From positions 81,840,001 to 81,904,000 of the forward strand of contig OX597825.1 of the NCBI GenBank assembly GCA_951406725.2: a stretch of DNA of 64,000 bases, written 5' to 3'. Positions within the stretch are counted from its first letter, which is position 1. Every line of letters begins with the position of its first letter. This document shows, in pieces, positions 52,701 to 64,000 of the stretch. The notes beneath the pieces were generated by a model. The model ran no database searches. It was given only the letters and a program-made list of their open reading frames with translations, and had not been told where the DNA came from. The stretch is from Octopus vulgaris (Eukaryota). Position numbers and translations under genes: made by a program.

Positions 52701-55700
52701 CTGAATAATTTATATTTCTTGAATATTTCCAATAGATTCCTGGTGGTTGCATTGAAGATTCTTGTGTATTGCAAGGAATTCTATTGAACAAAGATGTCAC
52801 ACATCCCAAAATGAAGAGGTAATTTAATATTCTGACTGACATTGATATTTTAAAATCAAATGGAACTTGTACAGTAGTACCTCGGTTTTTGAACAGCTTT
52901 GTTTGCAAATGAATCATGCTTTATATATATGTATACAAGCAGATATATATATATATATTAAAAAAATCATAATTGCTGACGTGACAGATGACAGTACCAA
53001 CTGATTGGAACTCGTGCCAGTGGAACATTAAAAGCACAATGAGTGTGATCATTGCCAGGGCCACGAACTGGCTCCCCTACTGGTGGCAAGTAAAAAGCAA
53101 CATTCGAGCGTGATTGTTGCCAGCATCGCCTTACTGGCACATGAGAAACAGCATTTGAGCATGATCGTTGCCAGAACCGCCTGACTGGCCCTTGTACTGG
53201 TGGCACGTAAAAGCACCCACTACACTCTCAGAGTGGTTGGCATTAGGAAGGGCATCCAGCTGTAGAAGCTTTGCCAGATCAGATTAGAGCTTGGTGCAGC
53301 CTTTTGGCTTGCCAGTCCTCAGTCAAACCGTACAACCTATGCCAGCATGGAAAGCGGCGTCAAATGACGATGATGATATAAAGCACGATTTATTTGTGAT
53401 CAGTCATTCATAAACCAAGGTGCTACTGTATCAAATCAATATGAGAAAGACGGGAGATGAAGTACGATTTATTCGTGATCAGAGTTGTTTGGAAACTGAG
53501 GTTCTTCTGTATTTTTACTGTAGATTGAAGGGCAAAAATACATTTTCCAACCTGAAATTTACATCTATCAAATATCATTTAGCTGAATTTAATTCATTAT
53601 AAATTTGATAATCCCAAATTCTAATGGTCTTTTATGCTAAATGTCATTCAATCATAGCTTTTGCATTGTGAATGGTTTTTAAAAAATTAAATTAAAAAAG
53701 ACCTTTTTCAAACCCCAGTATCATCATCATCATCATCATCATATTTAATTTTAAAAAAAATCTTTTGCCAAACGTTCTGGTTATATATTAGGTTACACTA
53801 TTACTTGACCATTAACAAACTTAATGTTGGTCATTGCCAATCGAAAGGCACGTAAAAATTCTCATAACTCAGCATCGTCATTATTAATGTGTTGTTTGGA
53901 TCATAAAATTAACATTAAATTTTAATTACATTTTAATTACATCATTTTAAAATTGGATATTTGTATCTTAAAACTAGGGTTACCTTAAGAGGATTAGTAT
54001 CAGAAGGATTAAAGATTTAATTCTTTTTGTATATATTCTGAAATTTCTTTAGACATTAGTTTTAGGCTTTCCGGGGCTGTTGTATAATAGATATCTTTGA
54101 AGGGATTTTTAAACTATTCATTGCAATGACTTTGGGGGCACATTTAAGATAAGCAAATGGATCTTTTCCACCAGTGATGTGTAGGGGTAGCTTATGCCAT
54201 CTTACCCAATGTTAGTCATAGTCTTTTGTCCTGTACTGTTGTGATATAGGAGTAAAGATTGTTTGCCAACATGACATGGCAGTCCTGGTTTAGGACGAAT
54301 GTTGCTGTAATTTAGTCTCAGGAGACATCGTCTCCAGCTGGCTATACGACATGATCTGTGTCCTTATATTTTCAAACAAAGGAATCTAGCACCCCCACTC
54401 AACTCAAGACAATTTCCAGGTTATTTCCCTTCATCTGCACAGAATAATTGTTAAAAAAAAATAAGGACACAGATCGTGTCGTATAGCCAGCTGGAGACGA
54501 TGTCTCCTGGGGCTAAATTACAGCAACATTCGTCCTAAACCAGGACTGCCATGTTATGTTGGCAAATAATCTTTACTCCAAAGAATGGTTGCTGAATATC
54601 TCTTGTGAGATTTACAAATGTTTTGATATCGTTTCTTTTTATTCCTCCTGATCAATTACGTTGTTATATCCTGTTGAAGTCTAATTAAAGAACCTTTTTT
54701 CTTTCTTTGACAGAAAAATAGAAAACCCTCGCATTCTGTTGCTTGACTGTTCGTTAGAATACAAGAAGGGAGAAAGTCAGGTAATTATATTTAGTAATTA
54801 GGAATTAAAGAAATTTGTATCAAATAACAACCTGAGACTGAAAACATTTCTTGTGATTGAATTATTGTGGATCAAAGGTTTTTATTCTGAAATAACATTT
54901 TTTTCATTATTTTCATTGCCAGACCAACATTGAAATCACTGCCGAAGACGATTTTGCGTGAGTTTCTTTTCTGACACTTTAATTATTTCTCTAACACTGT
55001 TCTTTGTATATTGTCTTTCACTGGTTTAGAGCTCGTATCATCATCATCATCATCTGACGTCCGTTTTCCATGCTAGCGTGGGTTGGACGGTTCGACCGGG
55101 GTCTGGGAAGCCAGAAGGCGCCAACCACTCCGTTAGTGTAGATGGATGGTGCTTTTTTACGTGCCACTGGCACAGGGATTACAACTACAATTTCCATTGG
55201 TTAATAGTAAATGATGTTAGTTCTATGTAGCTAAGTGGTCAGCTGTATTGGACCCAGTGGCTGAAGTCTGGTTTGAGATGGAGAGAGAAATAGGAATGAC
55301 AATTGCCAAGGGCAGTAATGTTGTTTTGTGTATCCAGAACAATGATTACAGGTAGCAACTGAGGAAGGGTGTGATGGAGAAGGTAGGCATAGGTGGGGGT
55401 TGTTATTGAGGGGAGGGAAGTAATTAACAGTAGCAGAGTGGCCAAAGGTAAGGAAGCATATGATGCCAAAAGTTAGGGCTATTTGGTGTGATGTTGAGAC
55501 GGGAAGATATTGTGGTCAAAAGTGGGTGATGAAATGGGTGAGAGTTCTCATGACATAGAACACTTGTGGATTTTTTCCTTTTTGCTTCTCCCCTATTGAA
55601 ATCCAAGTGTATTTAATATCTAGCTGCTTGGTAAAGTGAATGCATCATCACATATTCCCTTCCCCCTAGACCTTCTCATCCTCTCTCTTTTATAGATATC

Positions 55701-58700
55701 TCTATGCATGGAGTAGAAGAGAATATATAATTAAGACACTTCGCGGAACATCCACACAACTCGCTTCGAGAACCTCTGCTAGTGTTACCGAGTGTTGAAA
55801 CTCGTAAGAGTTATCTCCCTTAACACGAGTTACTTCCCATACTATGATGCTATTGGTTGTAAATGCTTACTGTCTGCCTTCGAGTGGGTGTGAAAGGAAG
55901 CTAGGACTGTAACCAAAAAATTCTGTTTATCTCTATATATATAAACGGCAAAATATCTGTGTGTGTGTGTTCGTCCTTTATACAAATCCACAATTTTTCA
56001 GTTAGAGGGCTTGCACTTTCTATGGTCCTAGGGTGGTTGTGCATATCTTTACATTTCCCAGTCACCCCGCAAAGCCATTAAAAAATCAATAGAAGTGACT
56101 TTTTTGTGAATTTTCTATCCAAAACCCAATCAAAATGCCCGAAACTTGATACGCCAATTGAATGCCAGCTAGCTGTATGTGATTGGTCGGAGATTTGGAC
56201 AGTACTCGTGTGTATGTTCGCACGCACGCAGCTGTATATGCATGCACTAGGACTATAGTTGCCGGGTCATAGTGCTAGTACTAAAAATAAAATGGCTACA
56301 TTCGTCTATTTACTACGCTATGGGAGCAGTGTAGCTATGAGGAAGAAAGTTTACTTCCACGCCCGGTCAGGTTCAGTCCCATTGCATGTCACCTTGTTAA
56401 GCTCCAGGCTGACCAAAGTCTCGTGAGTAGACTTGGTACACAGAAACTGAAAGAAGCACATCATGTGTGTCTGTATTTTCCACAACTGCTTGGTAGTGTT
56501 GGTTTGTTCACGTCCCTGTAAATGAACAGTTTGGCAAAAAGTGACTCAGTACTTTTAACCCATTAAGTACCACTGTCCTATAAATAAGGACACTAAATGG
56601 GAACATTAAATAAATTATATCATATTTTCTCAGTGTCCTATTTATAGGACACCGAGTATTCCCATTTCTACTTGAAGTAAAGGAGTTTTAATAATTATTT
56701 TTTTCATTTTAGCCTATTTTCAATCATCATCGTTTAACGTTTGCTTTCCATGCTAGCATGGGTTGGACGATTTGACTGAGGGCTGGTGAACCAGATGGCT
56801 GCACCAGGCTTCAATCTTGATCTGGCAGAATTTCTACAGCTGGATGCCCTTCCTAACGCTAACCACTCCGGGAGCGTAAAAGTTAAAAGTAATATTCAGA
56901 AATTTAAGTACTCTGGGACTTAATGGGTTAATGAGAATCTTTGAAAAACTAACTTTGGAAATTCCAGACTGGACATCCATTTTGTGATAATCTGGTTTCT
57001 TCTCATGAATTTTCTCTTGTTTCAGACAAACTGTCCAACCCATGCCAGCATGGAAAATGGATGTTTAGTGATGATGATGATTTTATGTTGATGCCATTGT
57101 TTTGCCAGTTATTGAACCAAAATCCCTTTTCTCTTTTCCCTTTTTTTTTCAGTAAGGTGTTACGTCTTGAAGAAGAATACATCCAGGAGATCTGCAATGA
57201 CATTATTGCCGTGAAGCCCGATCTGGTCATCACTGAGAAAGGGGTCTCTGATCTGGCCCAGCATTTCCTTATCAAAGCTGGAATTAGCTGCATTCGTAGA
57301 GTTAGGAAAACTGATAATAACCGTATTGCAAGGTAACTCATTCACTTTGCCTTCTAACTGGCCTTCATTTCTGCTCCTTTTTTGCTTCCTCTTTCTAGGA
57401 TGTTGTTTTCTTCTTTTAGTGTGTCTTTTACTTGCTTCAGTCATTAGACTGCGGTCATGCTGGAGCACCTCCTTGGAGAATTTTTAGTCAAACGAATTGT
57501 CCCCCCGTCATTATTTTTTTGTGCTTTTTTTTTAAAAAGCCTGTTACTTACTCTATCTGTCCCTTTTGTCGAACTCCTAAGTTACAGGGACATAATCACA
57601 CCAACACTGGTTGTCAGGTGGTGGTGGGAGACAGACACAAACACTCACACACATACGACGGGCTTCTTTCAGTTTCCATCTACCAAATCCGCTCGCATGG
57701 CTTTGGTCAGCCTTAAAGCTATAGTAGAAGACATTCACCGAAGGTGCCGTGGAGTGAGGCTGAACCTGGAACCATGTGGCTGGGAAGCAAGCGTCTTACC
57801 ACGCAACCAGCTTGACCCTGGTGTGACTTTGTAGATATTTTCTCTAATTACCTGACTCTTGGATTCTACAGCTGGATGCTCTTCTTAATGCTAACCACTC
57901 CACAGAGTGTACTGGGTGCTTATCGTCTGTCACCAGTACTGGCCACGACCATGATTTCACTCATGTCTTCTTGTGAGTTTATTTTGGTAGATGGAAACTG
58001 AAAGAAGCCTGCATGTGTGAATCACTGGTACAATTCGATGGGCTTCCCCACAGTTTCCGTCTCCCCACTTTCTCTCATAAGACTTGGGTCCACCTGAAAC
58101 AAAGGGTAACAGGCATTTGCTCAAGGATGCCTTGCAGTGGGATTGAACCTGAAACGTTGTGATTGTGAAGTGAATTTCTTAACCATTCGCCCATATTCCA
58201 TCCTGTAAAAATGGTAAATCTATATTGAAGGAATCAAATTGAGAAACTTGACCTGTTTTTCTGCTAAACTGCATATAAAAAAGAAAAAAACAGCTAAAGT
58301 TACGTAACACTTTTGGTCCCCTGTTTGAAATGACATGAAGTGAAAAAGTATTTTGGTTGGTTTGATCAATGAAAGATTCCAACTTTGAGTTGTCAAATGT
58401 TGGAATCTGAGTTGCTGTAGAACATTCTCTGAGGATTTAGTTGTGGTTTTTATTTGTTGGATTTATTTGGGGGTTCCTTTTTATATCTTGATACTTAATT
58501 CAAGGCGTGGCCGTCTATCTTGTACATTACATTCATTTGTGTTTATTTTTAAACTGAAGTAATTGTATATCTACATGCTTTTATATATATGTAAATATAA
58601 ATAAATATATATACACATATATAATACGTGTGTGTGTGTGTGCAATATTCTTTTACAACTTTTTATAACCATGCTGGTATATGATCTGCCTATTTGCTAA

Positions 58701-61700
58701 TCAAACTTTCCTCCATCGACCGACCCTCCCTCCTCATTCCTTGATGTTGGGTCCCATTTCATTCGGTCTGTTAGTGCATCTCTCCTCTCCAATGTTGCTT
58801 TTCATTCTTGATATTCTACACTCTGCAAATACCATTCTTTTTTGCTCCTCTCCTTTCTCCGTTTCATTTCACATTTCTTTTTTTTTTTTCTTTCTTTTTG
58901 TTATAACAAATAGAGCTTCTGGTGCCACAATTGTTAACCGAACTGAAGAAATCAAGGAGGAAGATGTCGGTACCGCATGCGGACTTTTTGAAATTAAGAA
59001 GATCGGTGATGAGTATGTACTCTTGTTTTTTTCTTTTTTCACCTTAAAATAAGTGATTGATTACAATCCATTTATGTGGCTGTTTCTGACTAGAAATTTT
59101 GCTTTCATGTAAAACAACTATATTTTGTAGCCATTATCCATAATCTGCTCCCAAAACACTTCAGTAGCTCCTCTTTCCTTCGCTTGCAAACTTATATGTA
59201 CTACGATATCCACAATAACCAGCCTGCAATTCGATTTTCCGTTCCTGGGATAATCGGAAACGTAGATTCCTGTGCGACTCATAAACCTTCTCCGTAGTTC
59301 AATTATTTGGTAAAAAAAATACCACCTAAGCAACTTAAACCGTCCAGAGGACAGGTGCTAGTTGAAAATATTTTTACATAAAATTATTATGGACAGATCT
59401 GGTTTATGAATGATTTAACAGTTTAGCATTCAGATTATTTGATCAAACCTGGTTCTTATTTATTCACATCATCATCATCATTTAGCGTCCGCTTTCCATG
59501 CTAGCATGGGTTGGATGGTTCGACCGGGGTCTGTGAAGCCAGAAGGCTGCACCAGGCCCAGTCAGATCTGGCAGTGTTTCTACAGCTGGATGCCCTTCCT
59601 AACGTCAACCACTCCAAGAGTGTAGTGGGTGCTTTTTACATGCCACCCGCACAGGTGCCAGACGGAGCTGGTAAACGGCCACGGACGGATGGTGCTTTTT
59701 ATGTGCCACCAGCACGCATAGTTTTGAATTAATCGTGCATTATCTTGTAACTTGGGATTTTGATGATGGGTTGGTTATTTTTAGAATAACATTATAGGAT
59801 TGGTATGAGAGGCTGACTCTGGCTGGTTTGACTCTAAAACGGAGAATATTTGGGCTGGATGTGGCTGGCTAAAGTATTAAAATGGTTGGATTATTAACAT
59901 AGCACCAGGAGTGGGTGTCCAGTTTATTGGTATCAGAAGTATTAATGTATCAGAACTGAGTTTTAATTATATGGCAGCATCTTTTATTGAGAGTTTCAAC
60001 TTCATATAAGCCCTAGGTTTGACTAACAGTTCAATGTGCTCTTTAATATATACCTGTGGAAGAGATAGGCCCAGGAAGACGTGGGACGAGGTGGTGAATT
60101 ATGATCTTTGGTTGTTGAGTCTCATGGATGCAGTGTCAAGAGACCGAGATTTCTGACTATGATTTGCTGTGTTTGAGAAGACAGGTCAAGCTAAGGGAAA
60201 TCGTGGTTGTGGCCTGTGTTGTCAAAGACACCCAGTGCGCCACTCTGTAGGGTGGTTGGTGTGTTAGAAAGGACATCCAGCCATAGAAAACAAGCCTAAA
60301 GAGACGAGCCTGGTGCAGCTCTCTCTGGCCTACCAGCTCTGGTCAAACTGTCTAACTCATGCCAGCATTGGAAAACAGACATAAATATAACAAAGAATTT
60401 AGTAAAATCACTTACTTATTATTATTCAGCTAGTATTAAGAACATAAATTGTGAGTAAGGTTTGTTGGAAGATTTTAATTCAAAACTTGTGAAAACAAGA
60501 CATTTGTACTCAGAGCCGGAGCTGGTAATGAAAGGCTCATTTGCAGATTGGCTTGTTAGAAATAACAGCCAAGTCTTGTACAAATTGAAGAACATTTGAC
60601 TGACTGTCTTTAACCCTTTTGTTACCATATTTCTGTTACATAGCTCTGTGTTTCTTTCATTTAATCTTGTATATAACAAAGAATATAGTAAAATAACTTA
60701 GTTATCATTAAGCTTAGTGTTAAGAACATAAATTGTGACTAAGGTTTGGTGGAAGATTTTAATTCAGAACTTTTGAAAACAAGACATTTGTACTACAGAG
60801 CCTGAGATGGTTTCAGCCGGCTTGGTATCGAAAGGATTAAGAATTGTTTCTCTCTACTGACATGGGCTGGACAGTTTGACACAGGGTCTGAAAAGTTGCA
60901 GGGGTACATCAAGCTGCAATGTCCTATGGTGTGGCTGTATATCTATTTGCATAGACTCACCAACACATCCCAATAAGCTTTATTTTTACGTTAATTTATT
61001 CCCCTGTTTGCACAGATTGGACAGATTTTGCATACAATTCCATAACTAATTAAATTTATTACCTTTTTTTGTTTTTGTTTTTAGGTACTTTACATATTTA
61101 ATTGATTGTAAAAACCCCAAAGCTTGTACCATTGTATTACGTGGCGCTAGTAAAGATATTCTCAATGAAGTGGACAGGAATCTACAAGATGCTTTAAATG
61201 TTACCAGAAATGTAATCCAGGAACCGGTTTTGGTACCAGGAGGTGGTGCTACTGAAATGGCCTTAGCACATGTAAGTGGTCAGGTTTTATAGTTTGTCAA
61301 AGAGTGTGTTGTGTATGGAATCAATTGTAATGAATTCTTCTAATTATATGGCTTAAGTGTTTCAGTGTTTTTATCACCATCTCTTTGAGTGGAGCAGAAT
61401 CGAGTCTTAGATTTAATCTTTGATACAAAAGCAACTGAAACCAATTTCATATTTTAAAGTGATTTAAATTAAAACTTTCCCCCCAAATTTACTAATTTAG
61501 GTTCCAGATCCTAACTGAACGACGAAGTTATTTAACTGAATTCTTTATTATTTTCTAAATTAATTGTAATAAAAGCCCATGTATTTCAACAAATTTTGGA
61601 ACAAAGGGTTTATAGTATGGGGTCTACTATGTTGTCAAATAGTATAGCCAGGATTATCTACCTTCAAAAGTACTCGTTATCACCTCACCTTTGTGGTTTA

Positions 61701-62885
61701 CCTTACATTGAAATGTTGCTGAAAGATTTTTATACACGTGTCATCTTCGACAGGGGAAACAGCAGTCACGTTTTTAAATGATTACAATCAGCTGGGTACA
61801 CAACAAGAAGCAGATCCATGCCATTGATGCGGTGCTGTCATGCACGGAAAACGAAAGCACGGCAGAGGTGGACAGTTCAGGCCTGTACATCGTTGTCCTT
61901 GAAAGGGATGTCAAACTTCACATTCAGTTCATAAAGAAAACCGTTTTTTCCATTATACGGACATTAACAACAAATGAAACTGCAAGCTGAGCCTGAGTGA
62001 GATTTTACAACTAAGATTTTTTTCTTTGTCATGGATATTACTCATGACCACAGCAGTGACTCTGACAGTTCTTTATCATATAAAATAATATAAGATCCAG
62101 TTTTTCTTACTTGTGTAATTCCTTTATAATGTAATGAAGTTTTTCAATTTCTGAAATATCTGGAAGATAAGTTAGATGACCCTGTTTGTCACCGCCGTAG
62201 ACCCTATACTATACTAGCACCGGATTATTAAGGAGAAAATAACCTTTAAGAAACTAAAACACATTTTCTATAAAAATTTTATACTTTATGAACTCAGTTG
62301 ACTGCAGCCTCTGTCTTCATAGAAGACAATGGAGGTTGATGGTTTTTAGTTTGATGCCATTAACTGAAATTCTTCATTAATGTTTTGTGATAAGAAAACT
62401 TAGTATTTTGGTTGATTTCTTACATGTTGGTAGTGTTGGTTGATTATTAACTCTGTTGATAGTGTTGGTTGATTATTACCTGTTTTGCTTGAGTAGACCA
62501 TTGGCCAGTACACCCAGGTATTCAGTAGATGGAATGATTTATAAATCAAGATGGATATGTAGAGAGATCATCATCATCATCGTTTAAATTCTAATAGGTT
62601 AAATTGATGTTGATGAAAATTACTGTGGCTTGGTTAGGGGTATGAAACGAACTAGTAAATCTTGTATGAATGACCATTAGTTCTTTTGTTGTGGTCCACC
62701 CGTGTTTCTCCTGAGCAAATAAATTGTATTTTTTTATTTTACAGGCATTGAATGAGAAAGCCAAGAGTATAGTAACAGTGCACCAATGGCCATATCGTGC
62801 TATTGCAAAGGCTTTGGAGATTATCCCTTCCACCTTAATCCAGAACTGTGGTGCCAGTACTATCCGTACTCTTACAGCTCTCAGG
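40667..62885 (+). CDS. CCT3: T-complex protein 1 subunit gamma (CCT3), exons 1-15, 3'-partial
   Basis: 15 GT-AG exons totalling 1407 nt in frame: [28 protein letters not shown]...TCLGP...[10 protein letters not shown]...GDGTTS...PGGGATEM...TIRTLTALR; C-terminus lies beyond the window. Confidence 0.97.
40792..40853 (+). CDS. CCT3: CCT3 exon 2
   Basis: [21 protein letters not shown]; ttcag| and |gtaag. Confidence 0.93.
42467..43246. mobile_element. Head-to-head pair of RTE-tail repeats
   Basis: Minus copy about 42467-42840 and plus copy about 42868-43246, each ending in (GAT)n. Confidence 0.8.
45585..45805. mobile_element. piggyBac-type MITE (second family)
   Basis: TTAA|CCCTTTAG...CTAAAGGG|TTAA. 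Confidence 0.7.
47198..47248 (+). CDS. CCT3: CCT3 exon 3
   Basis: [17 protein letters not shown]. Confidence 0.95.
47652..47714 (+). CDS. CCT3: CCT3 exon 4
   Basis: [21 protein letters not shown]. Confidence 0.95.
49661..49757 (+). CDS. CCT3: CCT3 exon 5
   Basis: [32 protein letters not shown] (ATP-binding GDGTT). Confidence 0.95.
50439..50559 (+). CDS. CCT3: CCT3 exon 6
   Basis: [39 protein letters not shown]. Confidence 0.93.
51328..51408 (+). CDS. CCT3: CCT3 exon 7
   Basis: [26 protein letters not shown](W). Confidence 0.92.
51518..51623 (+). CDS. CCT3: CCT3 exon 8
   Basis: [35 protein letters not shown]. Confidence 0.92.
52736..52818 (+). CDS. CCT3: CCT3 exon 9
   Basis: [27 protein letters not shown](R). 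Confidence 0.94.
54249..54579. mobile_element. Fold-back MITE with 119-bp inverted arms in CCT3 intron 9
   Basis: Arms 54249-54367 and 54461-54579 differ at 5 positions; partial copy of the arm at about 46929-46974. Confidence 0.85.
54714..54780 (+). CDS. CCT3: CCT3 exon 10
   Basis: [22 protein letters not shown]. Confidence 0.94.
54923..54957 (+). CDS. CCT3: CCT3 exon 11 (35 nt)
   Basis: [11 protein letters not shown](A); ccag| and |gtgagt. Confidence 0.9.
55930..56278 (+). mobile_element. Non-autonomous Helitron-like element
   Basis: A|TC(tctatatatataa) start, 3' CTAG|T end preceded by weak hairpin actat...atagt; no TSD. Confidence 0.55.
56559..56927. mobile_element. piggyBac-type MITE carrying a nested RTE-tail fragment
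   Basis: TTAA|CCCATTAAGT...ACTTAATGGG|TTAA; insert at about 56724-56880. Confidence 0.65.
57153..57332 (+). CDS. CCT3: CCT3 exon 12
   Basis: [18 protein letters not shown]...[12 protein letters not shown](R). Confidence 0.94.
58914..59012 (+). CDS. CCT3: CCT3 exon 13
   Basis: [32 protein letters not shown](E). Confidence 0.94.
60052..60385 (+). mobile_element. RTE-clade LINE 3' end
   Basis: [15 protein letters not shown]-type RTE C-terminus running into the abundant ggacatccagc...ccagcat tail; minus-strand copy at about 2730-3140. Confidence 0.65.
61085..61271 (+). CDS. CCT3: CCT3 exon 14
   Basis: [37 protein letters not shown]...[12 protein letters not shown]. Confidence 0.95.
62745..62885 (+). 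CDS. CCT3: CCT3 exon 15
   Basis: [47 protein letters not shown]|gtgagt. Confidence 0.95.
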
Positions 62886-64000
62886 GTGAGTAGACCAACT
62901 TTTTATTGAATTGAATGACATCTATTTCTCTCTTTCTCTACTTGTATCTGTAAAATAAGTAGCTTGCTTACCAACCACATGGTTCCTGGTTCAGTCCCAC
63001 TGCGTGGCACCTTGGGCAAGTGTCTTCTGCTATAGCCTCAGGCCAACCAAAGCCTTGTGAGTGGATTTGGTTGACAGAAACTGAAAGAAGCCCGTCGTAC
63101 ATGTTTGTGTTTGTTCCCCCACCATCGCTTGATAACCGATGCTAGTGTGTTTATGTTCCATGTAAGTTAGTGGTTTGGCAAAAGGGGATCAAAAGGTTTG
63201 GATTGTGTTGTTTGTTGGGGTACTCTGTTTCTGGTTGGTGCATCTGTGCCTGGAGAATGATGTGTGAAAGTTTGTTCATGGGGGGTCGAGGAACTTCTTC
63301 ATGGCTACAGGTTCTGCAAGAAATAGCAGTCAAATTTACCTCAAAACACTACTGAACCATCTTGAAAATAGATAAAACACGGGGTTGTATTATTATTATT
63401 ATTATTGTCAGCATCTTTCATGACTACATCATGTTATCCAAAGCTATTTAAGGGTGTATTGTGTGTGTGTGTTTTTATATGGATGGTCATGTGTGGGAGT
63501 GTCATTTGTGGATAAGAATATGCCATTGTCTTGCTTATAAAGTAATTACAGTGTTAAAAGCGGTGTGTGTTTGTGTGTGAGTTGTATGGCTGTGACTGAT
63601 CAGTCCTGCTGTAGCAGCATCACATGTCTGGTTTACAGTGTCTATAGAGGCAGATGAGGAATGAGTGACAATAAATAGAGTACAGCCATTATTATATAAT
63701 GCACTCTGGAGAACAATTGAAGCTAAAAAGTCGGTGAGTGTGGAGATATATATAGATATAAATGAATGAATTTATGTTGTGGCTGTGTGGTAAGAGGCTT
63801 GCTTCCCAACCACGAGGTTCTGGGTTCAGTCCCACTGCGTTGTACCTTGGACAAGTGTCTTCTACCATAGCCTTGGATCGTGCAAAGCCTTGGGAGTGGA
63901 TTTGGTGGTTGGAAACTGAAAGAAACCCATTGTGTGATGTGTGTGTGTGTGTGTACATATGTATGTGTGTGCATACATATATGTATGTGTGTGTCCCCAT

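Noticed and set aside
61778-61990. 70-aa ORF in unique sequence of CCT3 intron 14
   Set aside because: No recognisable motif or splice support; unresolved, possibly an old transposon fragment.
63587-63689. 8-bp terminal stem atggctgt/acagccat as a C/D snoRNA in a CCT3 intron
   Set aside because: No properly placed RUGAUGA and CUGA boxes next to the stem.

Overview
AT-rich, microsatellite- and SINE-dense eukaryotic DNA; the repeat repertoire resembles that of an octopod cephalopod (inference). Two spliced + strand genes can be built from GT-AG exons with consistent phases: a complete 4-exon KLHL10-like BTB-BACK-Kelch gene (24766-36235, 575 aa) and the first 15 coding exons of CCT3/TCP1-gamma (40667-62885, 469 codons, continuing beyond the window). 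The first 19 kb probably holds the 5' region of an unidentified minus-strand gene. The rest is tRNA-derived SINEs, RTE-type 3' ends, Tx1-like and R4/Dong-like LINE fragments, a mariner fold-back derivative, several MITEs, a Helitron-like element and long microsatellites. The most notable unannotated signal is a set of type I hammerhead ribozyme motifs of Penelope-like style: four with an intact core (one in sense orientation in KLHL10 intron 1, two as an inverted pair) plus decayed remnants. Several long intronic inverted repeats could also form dsRNA. Almost all ORF-track entries are simple-repeat or SINE artefacts. All calls come from manual reading; no searches or folding were run.
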